Origin: Acidobacteriota bacterium
GTDB taxonomy: Bacteria; Acidobacteriota; UBA4820; DSQY01
Reading direction: 5' to 3'
NCBI GenBank assembly: GCA_049967655.1
Contig: JBMFSH010000033.1
Location: forward strand, 1-28,257
DNA: 28,257 nt
A program made the translations under genes and the position numbers. The notes below the pieces were generated by a model. That model did no database searches, was not told the DNA's origin, and saw only the letters and a list, made by a program, of their open reading frames with translations. How positions within the stretch are numbered: the stretch's first letter is position 1; each line of letters opens with the position of its first letter. Of the stretch, positions 8,611-18,018 are shown piece by piece.

Positions 8611-8825
8611 ATGTTGTCTGGCTAAAGGCGCGAAGGACAGCCTGCCGTCCTTGGGCAGTACCTGAATTCGCCGAGGGTGGGTTTCGCCTTTGCGGACAGC
8701 CGAAGGGTGCCTCATGAGGGCAGCTGGGCCCAGGGAGGTTGCGGAGAGCGAGGTCGATTCTGGTGGTTCAATGGCATTGGGATGAAGAGAATCGCGCGCC
8801 GTCAGTGCACTGGTCGTAGAAAAGG

Positions 8826-9059
8826 GTGAATGCCTTGGAAAGAGACGCGAGAGATCAAAGAGCCGCGGGAGCACCGAGTCCGCTGGGGGCGCTCCTGTGG
8901 CCTCCGGATGGGTTCTACAGGGGCGTCCCGTGCACCTGCACGGGAGAGGAGCCCTGCAAGGGGGTTCTCTGCAACGGCGAGTGCGGCTGCCAGGCCTGCG
9001 CCGCGGCCGCCGCCGACAACAGCCGCGTGGTGGGGGTTGGGCAAGGCGCCGGAGCCTGA
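8826..9059 (+). CDS. Small cysteine-rich protein (CxC-x5-C-x4-C-x3-CxC-x2-C), putative metal-binding mini-protein
   Basis: 77-aa ORF with 7 clustered Cys, all encoded by TGC, and GC-ending codons through the core. Lies downstream of the sigma-54 motif. Start uncertain (GTG 8826 or TTG 8835). Confidence 0.6.
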   Translation: MNALERDARDQRAAGAPSPLGALLWPPDGFYRGVPCTCTGEEPCKGVLCNGECGCQACAAAAADNSRVVGVGQGAGA

Positions 9060-9319
9060 AGGCCGGGCCTCTTCAAACGTCAGCGGCACGGCCTGTGCCC
9101 TGCCGGAGCATGGTGCCCACGGCAGGCTGGCCCGGCTCCTTTCGAGAAGGGTCCAATGAGATCACCGGCTCTCTGGCCGGTCAGGCGGGGTTTGACTGGC
9201 TGCGCACTCCAGCAGGGTTGAGCATCCTCGGGTATCGGTCCAAAGTCTGCGGAAGGCCAGCGTTGGGTTGAAGTTCACCGCCTGGCCTGGGCACCGCCTG
9301 CCGCCATGCCCTCGCCCGC

Positions 9320-9810
9320 TGCGCGGGGCTCGCTGCTCCTCTCCGCCCTTGCGCGGGAAGACCTCTGAGCGGGGGAGCCTCCCCGCTCCCCCTCGCTCGC
9401 AAGCTCGCTCTCCAGAAGGGACCTCGGCCGGTCCCTTCCGGCGGATGCTTCGCATCCTGCTTGCCCTTGCCCTTGCGTAAGGAAGCCTCTGGCTGGGGGA
9501 ACTCCCCTTCCCCCAGCTCCCCTCGCCGCGCCGCTTCGCGGCATGCCCCTTCGCCCTGCCACGCCCTGTCTATCCGTGGATGGCGCGCTTATCGACGTTC
9601 AGTGCGGCCTCCTTGAGGACTTCGCTCAAGGTGGGATGGGCGTGGGTCGCTCGCGCTGCTCGCTCCCCAAGGAGGGGCTCGGCCGCCCCTCCTCGGCGTG
9701 CCCCCGGCTGTCGCCAGGGGCCCTGCTCTTCCCTGCCCTCTCGCGGGTGGCCCTCTGGCGGGGGAGCCTCCCCGCTCCCCCGCGCCCCCTTCGCCTTGCC
9801 ACGCCCGCTC
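9320..9810 (-). repeat. Three tandem units of the structured repeat family downstream of lpdA
   Basis: Identical 24-mer GCGGGGGAGCCTCCCCGCTCCCCC at 9369-9392 and 9758-9781, with a degenerate third copy near 9494-9514. 30-nt hairpins with identical loops at 9412-9441 and 9667-9696. End motifs at 9393-9414 and 9646-9671. Confidence 0.85.
9570..9645 (-). pseudogene. Displaced duplicate of the lpdA 3' end ([24 protein letters not shown])
   Basis: 66/76 identical to 9811-9886. 42 bp are perfectly identical (9604-9645 vs 9845-9886) and all 10 differences are synonymous. No start codon. Confidence 0.93.
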
Positions 9811-11208
9811 TTAGCCGTGGATCGCCCTTTTGTCGACGTTTAAGGCGGCCTCCTTGAGGACTTCGCTCAAGGTGGGATGGGCGTGGCAGGTTCTGGCGAT
9901 GTCTTCGGCGCTGCCACCGAACTCCATGACGGCGACGGCTTCGGCGATCATGTCGGAGGCGCGCGGCCCCACGATGTGGACGCCCAACACCTTGTCGGTC
10001 TCGGCGTGGGCGATGACCTTGGTCATGCCCTCCTCGCTCCCGAGGCTCTTGGCGCGGCCGTTGGCCTTGAAGTAGAACTTGCCGCTCCTCACGGGGATGC
10101 CCTGCTGTTTGCACTGCTCCTCGGTGAGGCCGACGCAGGCCAGCTCGGGATGGGTGTAGACCACGTTGGGGATGGCGCCGTAGTTGACGCGGCCGGGCTT
10201 GCCAGCCAGCAGCTCGGCGAGGGCCACCCCCTCCTCCATGGCCTTGTGGGCGAGCATGGGGCCACGGATGAGGTCGCCGATGGCGTAGACGCCGGGCAGG
10301 TTCGTGCGATAGCCAGCGTCCACCTTGACGCGGCCCGCCTCCTCCAGCTCCACGCCGGCCTCGCGGATACCGGCGGCGGCACTGTTGGGCCTGCGTCCGA
10401 CGGCCACGAGGAGACGGTCGCAGGTCAGGCTCTCGGCCTCGCCCTTGTCGTTCTGGAAGCTCACGGTGACCTTCTCGCCCTCGATGGCGGCGCCGCTCAC
10501 CTTGCAGTTGAGCTTGAAGACCATGCCCTGGGCCTTGAGGGCGCGCTCTAGGAGCGTGGACATCTGGGCGTCGGCGAAGGGGGCCACGCGGGGGAGGAGC
10601 TCCACCACCGTGACCTTGGCGCCGAGGCGGTTCCAGACGCTGCCCATCTCCAGGCCGATGGCGCCGGCTCCGATGACCACGAGGCCCTGGGGCACCTGGT
10701 CGAAGGCGAGGGCCTCGGTGGAGGTGACCACGCGCACCCCATCGAAGGGGAGGAAGGGGAGCTGCACCGGCGCGCTGCCCGTGGCCAGCACCACCGCCTT
10801 GGCGGCCATCTCCCTCTCGCCCTCACCGTCCTGCACCTGAACGCGGTCCGGCGCCTTGAGGGTGGCCGTCCCCTTGATCACCGCCACCTTGTTCTTCTTC
10901 ATCAGGATGGCGATGCCGTCGGTGAGTTCCTTCACGATGGAGCCCTTGCGGGCCATCATCTGGGGGAGGTTGAGCTTCACCGAGGCGGGCTCGATGCCGT
11001 GCACGGCGAGGCCGTGGCGCGCCTGGTGGAAGAGCTCGCTCGATTCGAGCAGGGCCTTGGAGGGGATACAGCCCACGTTCAGGCAGGTGCCGCCCAGGGC
11101 GGCGTCCTTCTCCACCAGGGCCGTCTTGAGGCCGAGCTGGGCCGCGCGGATGGCGCAGACGTATCCCCCCGGCCCCGCTCCGATGATGATCACGTCATAG
11201 GATTCCAT
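9811..11208 (-). CDS. lpdA: Dihydrolipoyl dehydrogenase (E3)
   Basis: GAGPGGY FAD motif, [13 protein letters not shown] redox disulfide, GAGAIG NAD motif, C-terminal HPTLSE. RBS GGAGG before ATG 11208. Confidence 0.97.
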   Translation of the reverse strand: MESYDVIIIGAGPGGYVCAIRAAQLGLKTALVEKDAALGGTCLNVGCIPSKALLESSELFHQARHGLAVHGIEPASVKLNLPQMMARKGSIVKELTDGIAILMKKNKVAVIKGTATLKAPDRVQVQDGEGEREMAAKAVVLATGSAPVQLPFLPFDGVRVVTSTEALAFDQVPQGLVVIGAGAIGLEMGSVWNRLGAKVTVVELLPRVAPFADAQMSTLLERALKAQGMVFKLNCKVSGAAIEGEKVTVSFQNDKGEAESLTCDRLLVAVGRRPNSAAAGIREAGVELEEAGRVKVDAGYRTNLPGVYAIGDLIRGPMLAHKAMEEGVALAELLAGKPGRVNYGAIPNVVYTHPELACVGLTEEQCKQQGIPVRSGKFYFKANGRAKSLGSEEGMTKVIAHAETDKVLGVHIVGPRASDMIAEAVAVMEFGGSAEDIARTCHAHPTLSEVLKEAALNVDKRAIHG

Positions 11209-11252
11209 GAATGGCCCTCCTTCAAATGAGGTGTGCGAAGTCATGAGGGGAA

Positions 11253-11514
11253 GCTATTGGGCGATGAGGCTATTAAGCTATGAAGCGATTAAGCTATGAA
11301 GCGATTAAGCTATTAGGCGATGAAGCTATTAAGAAAAGATGAAGCGAGAAGGCGATCGGGGGAACAGTGCGGCGACGGCACGGGCGGGAGCGGGCCGGAC
11401 TGGCCTGCTCGCCCGTGAACCCGTGATCCGTTCTCGCCTCGCTTTTTCGTGTCATCGCTCAATCGCCCAATTGCTCAATCGCTCAATTGCTCAATCGCCC
11501 AATCGCTCAATCGC
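11253..11514. repeat. Two inverted arrays of 8-bp tandem repeats between sucB and lpdA
   Basis: 10 units of GCKATKRR (11253-11332) and 8 units of the reverse-complement type TCAATCGC (11451-11514). Confidence 0.9.
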
Positions 11515-11533
11515 GCCTCGCCCATTCGCGTCT

Positions 11534-12955
11534 CTATATCTCCAGCATCAGCCGTTCGGGGTTCTCGATGCACTGGACGACCCGCTTGAGGAATGAAACG
11601 GCCTCGCGGCCGTCCACGATGCGGTGATCGTAGGAGACGGCCAGGTACATCATGGGCCGGATGACGATGGCGTCGTCCACCACGACGGGCCGCTTCTTGA
11701 TGGCGTGCATGCCTAGGATCGCGCTCTGGGGCGGGTTGAGAATGGGGGTGGAGAGCAGGTTCCCGTAGATGCCGCCGTTGGAGACGGTGAAGACGCCGCC
11801 GGAGAGCTCACCCAGGGTGATGGTCCGCTCGCGCACCCGCTTGGCCAGGGCGGCGATGGCCAGCTCCACCTCGGCGAAGCTGAGCCGGTCGGCGTCGCGC
11901 ACCACGGGCACCACCAGCCCCTTCTCCGAGCTGACGGCCACGCCGATGTCGTAGTAGTGGTTCTGGACGATCTCGTCCCCCTGGATCTGGGCGTTGACCT
12001 GGGGCACGGCCTTGAGTGCGTCCACCGCCGCCTTCACGAAGAAGGACATGAAGCCCAGGGGGATGCCGTATTTTGCCTGGAAGACCTCCTTGTAGCGCTC
12101 GCGCAGGGCCATGACCTGGGTCATGTCCGCCTCGTTGAAGGTGGTCAGCATGGCCGTCTGGTTCTTGACGAGGACGAGGCGCTCGGCGATGCGGGCGCGC
12201 AGGGGACTCATGCGGGTGCGAGTCTGGCGCGAGGCCACTTCCGCCTCCGAGCGGTCCGCTAGGGCGGCGGCAGGCGGGGGCGCCTGCCCCACAACAGCCC
12301 CCGGCTGTGGCTGGAGCGCAGTCGGCTGTGGCGCGGCCGCCCCCGGCCGCGAACCACTCAGATATTTCTGGACATCCTCCTTGGTGATCCGGCCCTCCTT
12401 GCCCGTCCCCGGAATGGCCGCCGGGTCGAGCTTGAACTCCTCCACCATGCGGCGCACGGCGGGGGAGAGGGTGCCGAATTCGCTCTGGGCGGTGATCTTC
12501 TCTCGAAACTGAGCCAGCCCCGCCGGGGTGACCATGGGGGCGCCGGTTGTCTGAGGCACCGGGAAAGAGGCAGACGAGGGCGTTCCGGCGGGCGAGGGCG
12601 CCCGCCCCGCCGGGCTCTCTGCGGGCGGCGGCAGGGCCGCCCCCGGCCGCGATTCGGCCAGGGCCTCGGGCGCGGGGGGCGCCTGGGGGCGCGCCGGGGC
12701 GGGGGGCGCCTCGCCCGCGGCCTTCTCGTCGAGCGAGCCCACCTCCTGGCCGATCTTCACCGTCTCGCCCGCCTGGACGGCGATCTTGAGGCGGCCGGCG
12801 GCGGCGGCGTTGATGGTCATGGTCACCTTGTCGGTCTCGAGAACGAAGAGAGGCTCGTCCGCCTGCACGGCCTCTCCGTCGGCCTTCAGCCACTCCGTCA
12901 GGATTCCCTCCGTGATGGATTCACCGACGGCCGGTACGGTCACTGGCGTGCTCAT
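11534..12955 (-). CDS. sucB: 2-oxoglutarate dehydrogenase E2, dihydrolipoyllysine succinyltransferase
   Basis: Lipoyl motif ETDKV, E3-binding LSPAVRR...GTGKEGRITKEDV, MLTTFNE, catalytic DHRIVDG. RBS AAGGAG. Confidence 0.97.
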   Translation of the reverse strand: MSTPVTVPAVGESITEGILTEWLKADGEAVQADEPLFVLETDKVTMTINAAAAGRLKIAVQAGETVKIGQEVGSLDEKAAGEAPPAPARPQAPPAPEALAESRPGAALPPPAESPAGRAPSPAGTPSSASFPVPQTTGAPMVTPAGLAQFREKITAQSEFGTLSPAVRRMVEEFKLDPAAIPGTGKEGRITKEDVQKYLSGSRPGAAAPQPTALQPQPGAVVGQAPPPAAALADRSEAEVASRQTRTRMSPLRARIAERLVLVKNQTAMLTTFNEADMTQVMALRERYKEVFQAKYGIPLGFMSFFVKAAVDALKAVPQVNAQIQGDEIVQNHYYDIGVAVSSEKGLVVPVVRDADRLSFAEVELAIAALAKRVRERTITLGELSGGVFTVSNGGIYGNLLSTPILNPPQSAILGMHAIKKRPVVVDDAIVIRPMMYLAVSYDHRIVDGREAVSFLKRVVQCIENPERLMLEI

Positions 12956-12978
12956 GCGCGATCGCTCCTTCTAAGACG

Positions 12979-13078
12979 GTGGAGGGTGGAGGGTGGAGAG
13001 TGGAGAAAGGCCGTGGAACCTGCGCCGGCCATGGTTCTTCTCCTTCCCCCTCCACCCTACACTCTCCACTCTCCACTC
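12979..13078. repeat. Two inverted arrays of 7-bp tandem repeats between sucA and sucB
   Basis: (GTGGAGR)x4 at 12979-13006 and (TCCACYC-like)x4 at 13051-13078, the second abutting the sucA stop. Confidence 0.88.
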
Positions 13079-15859
<2,781 letters not shown>

Positions 15860-15979
15860 GGTGCTCGTCTCCTTCTTGGCTCTTCGCCGCCGGGGCCTCC
15901 GGCGGTCCCGCGCCGGCACGGGCCACGCGCCACGGGGACCAGAGGCCCGCGCCTTCAAGAACCCAACGCCTTCCCCCTG

Positions 15980-16008
15980 AGTTTATTCGTCTTCGAGCGC
16001 GCTGTAAA
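15980..16008 (-). promoter_or_regulatory. Sigma-70-type promoter for sucA-sucB-lpdA
   Basis: Minus strand TTTACA-N17-TAAACT about 120 nt upstream of sucA. Confidence 0.6.
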
Positions 16009-16072
16009 CGGCGGTCCCGGGCCGCAGCCGGGACGGCCTTTGGAGGGCCTCCTGCGAGGGTGGGAAATGGTT

Positions 16073-16096
16073 GTAGGAGCGCTCTCCAGAGCGCGA
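16073..16096 (+). repeat. GTAG-type REP sequence
   Basis: GTAGGAGCGCTCTCCAGAGCGCGA has the same GTAGGA-GCG...CGC-GA frame as 6218-6240 with a different palindromic core. A degenerate inverted partner lies at about 16034-16055. Confidence 0.6.
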
Positions 16097-16271
16097 CGGG
16101 TGGAGAGAGAAGGCGTGGGGAGATGCGCAAGACGAGCCGAACGCCGGTGGCCTGCCCACGGTGAGGGGCCGCCTTTTTCACGCCCAATTTCTCTCTGTCT
16201 CTGTGCCTCTGTGGTAATTCTTTTTTCGAATCGGCTTTAGCGCCCTAGCCCGGAGCGCGGGGAGGCCGTCT

Positions 16272-17213
16272 CTACAGGAAGAGGGAGGAGACGGAGGCCT
16301 CGTCGTGGATGCGGCGAATGGCCTCGGCGAGGAGCGGCGCCACGGTGAGGACGTCGATCTTCTTGCAGCGCTTGTCCTTGTCGCCGATGGGGATGGTGTC
16401 GGTGACGAAGAGCTTGCTGATTTTGGACTTGTTGAGGCGGTCCACGGCCGGGCCCGAGAGGACGGGGTGGGTGCAGGCGGCGTAGACGCGCTTGGCGCCG
16501 TATTCGAGGAGGGCGTTGACCGTCTCGCAGAGGGTGCCCGCTGTGTCGATGATATCGTCCACGATGACGCAGTTGCGCTTGCGCACGTCGCCGATGACGT
16601 TCATGACCTGGGCCACGTTGGCCACCTCGCGCCGCTTGTCTACGATGGCGAGCTGGGCGTCCAGTCGCTTGGCGTAGGCCCTCGCGCGCTCCACGCCTCC
16701 GGCGTCGGGCGAGACCACGGTCAGGTTCTTGAGGTTCAGCTTGGCGATGTGGTTCACCAGGACAGGCATGGCGAAGAGGTGGTCCACCGGCACGTTGAAG
16801 AAGCCCTGGATCTGGGCGGCGTGGACGTCCACGCAGAGGAGGCGGTCGGTGCCGGCGGCCTCCAGGAGGTCCGCCACGAGGCGGGAGGTGATGGGCACGC
16901 GGGGCTTGTCCTTGCGGTCCTGCCGGGCGTAGCCGTAGTAGGGGATGACGGCGTTGACCCGCTGGGCGGAGGCGCGCTTGAGGGCGTCGAGGATGATCAG
17001 GAGCTCCATGAGGTTGTCGTTGACCGGCTGGCAGGTGGGCTGGATGACGAAGACGTCCCGGCCCCGGACGTTCTCCAGGATCTGGCAGTAGTTCTCGCCG
17101 TCCGAGAAGTTCATGAGTTTGATGGAACCGAGCCGGATCCCCAGACAGTCGGCGATCTTGGCCGCCAGATCCAGGTTCCCCCTCCCCGACAGTACCACCG
17201 TCCGTCCGTCCAT
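16272..17213 (-). CDS. prs: Ribose-phosphate pyrophosphokinase
   Basis: FSDGE, PYYGYARQDRK, VVSPDAGG, PRPP-binding VDDIIDTAGT. Start MDGRT directly after the tRNA. Confidence 0.97.
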   Translation of the reverse strand: MDGRTVVLSGRGNLDLAAKIADCLGIRLGSIKLMNFSDGENYCQILENVRGRDVFVIQPTCQPVNDNLMELLIILDALKRASAQRVNAVIPYYGYARQDRKDKPRVPITSRLVADLLEAAGTDRLLCVDVHAAQIQGFFNVPVDHLFAMPVLVNHIAKLNLKNLTVVSPDAGGVERARAYAKRLDAQLAIVDKRREVANVAQVMNVIGDVRKRNCVIVDDIIDTAGTLCETVNALLEYGAKRVYAACTHPVLSGPAVDRLNKSKISKLFVTDTIPIGDKDKRCKKIDVLTVAPLLAEAIRRIHDEASVSSLFL

Positions 17214-17243
17214 GGCCTCACACCCTCTTTCAGAAGCGAAGAA

Positions 17244-17318
17244 TGGCTGGGGAGGGTGGATTCGAACCACCGTATGCCGGTTCCAAAGACCGGTGCCTTA
17301 CCGCTTGGCGACTCCCCA
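17244..17318 (-). tRNA. tRNA-Gln (anticodon UUG), CCA encoded
   Basis: TGGGGAG acceptor stem, D-arm GCCAAGCGGTAAGGC, anticodon arm CCGGT-CT-TTG-GA-ACCGG, T-loop GTTCGAATC, 3' CCA. Classic position between ispE and prs. Confidence 0.98.
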
Positions 17319-17349
17319 GGGTACCCGCGGAAACCTCCTCCGCGCCGCC

Positions 17350-17378
17350 AGGATAGCAAGTCGCCGCGGCGGGAGCAA
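17350..17378 (-). promoter_or_regulatory. Promoter for tRNA-Gln/prs
   Basis: Minus strand TTGCTC-N17-TATCCT with a TG extension and a GC-rich discriminator, about 30 nt before the tRNA. Confidence 0.55.
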
Positions 17379-17405
17379 GGCGAGGATGGGGGGGGAGGAA
17401 AAGAG

Positions 17406-17553
17406 CCACCACCACGACACCAAGGCACCAAGGGCTGGAGGAAGGCGGAAGGAGGAAAGCACACCACAGAGGCGCAGAGGCACGGAGGATTTGGGATTTG
17501 GGAAAACCCCACTCTCCACCCTCCACTCTCCACTCTTCACCCTCCACCCTCCA
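17406..17553. repeat. Patchwork of short 7-8-bp tandem repeats
   Basis: CACGACACCAAGGCACCAAGG, GGAGGAA/GGCGGAA x3, CACCACAGAGGCGCAGAGGCACGGAGG, GATTTGG x2, (TCCACYC-like)x6 at 17508-17553. Confidence 0.75.
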
Positions 17554-17589
17554 ACGAACCAAACGGGCGGGGCCAAAGCCCCGCCCGTT
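17554..17589 (-). terminator. Probable terminator after spoVG
   Basis: 12-bp perfect stem AACGGGCGGGGC/GCCCCGCCCGTT (17562-17589). The U-tract on the minus strand is weak (TTTGGTT). Confidence 0.6.
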
Positions 17590-17613
17590 GTGATCCGCAA
17601 GCAGGACAAAAAC

Positions 17614-18018
17614 TCAGAAAGTGCCCCCCAGCAGGCGGTCGGAGGAGGAGGGAGCGGGCTCGGCGGCGGCCTCCTGTTCGGCCGCGGGAAGGGCGGGCGA
17701 GGGCTCCTCGCCGGGAGAGTCCGGCGCGGCGGCGAGGGACACCTCTCCCGCCGCCTCGGAGGGGTGGTGCTCCTGCTCCTTGTAGGCGGAGATCACCGCG
17801 TCCTCCAACATTTTTCGTGTCTCGCTGTTGAGCGGGTGGGCGATGTCCTTGAAGGTGCCGTCACGGCGCTTCTTGCTGGGCATGGAGAGGAAGAGCCCGT
17901 TGTTTCCCTCGATGATCTTGATGTCGCTGATGATGAAGCAGTGGTCGAAGATGATCGACACGAACGCCTTCAGCTTCGGCTCGTCCACCGGGAAAATCCG
18001 GATGTCGGTGATCTTCAT
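17614..18018 (-). CDS. spoVG: SpoVG family nucleic-acid-binding protein with an Ala/Pro/Glu-rich C-terminal extension
   Basis: MKITDIRI, LKAFVSI, IKIIEGNNGLFLSMPS, FKDIAHP. ATGA overlap with ispE. Confidence 0.95.
   Translation of the reverse strand: MKITDIRIFPVDEPKLKAFVSIIFDHCFIISDIKIIEGNNGLFLSMPSKKRRDGTFKDIAHPLNSETRKMLEDAVISAYKEQEHHPSEAAGEVSLAAAPDSPGEEPSPALPAAEQEAAAEPAPSSSDRLLGGTF

Noticed and set aside
8826..9059. Cys-rich ORF as a RiPP precursor in a biosynthetic cluster
   Set aside because: No radical-SAM, LanM, YcaO or dedicated peptidase/exporter gene is adjacent. Kept only as an unexplained Cys-rich mini-protein.
9110..9271. Second small ORF downstream of the Cys-rich gene
   Set aside because: No properly spaced RBS, no recognisable motif, and unremarkable codon pattern.
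9570..9886. Diversity-generating retroelement TR/VR pair at the lpdA 3' end
   Set aside because: The 10 differences are not adenine-specific, are all synonymous, and no reverse transcriptase is in the window.
11253..11514. CRISPR array
   Set aside because: Units are 8 bp, directly adjacent, without unique spacers, and no cas genes are present. The longer repeats at 9320-9810 also lack a regular repeat-spacer period.
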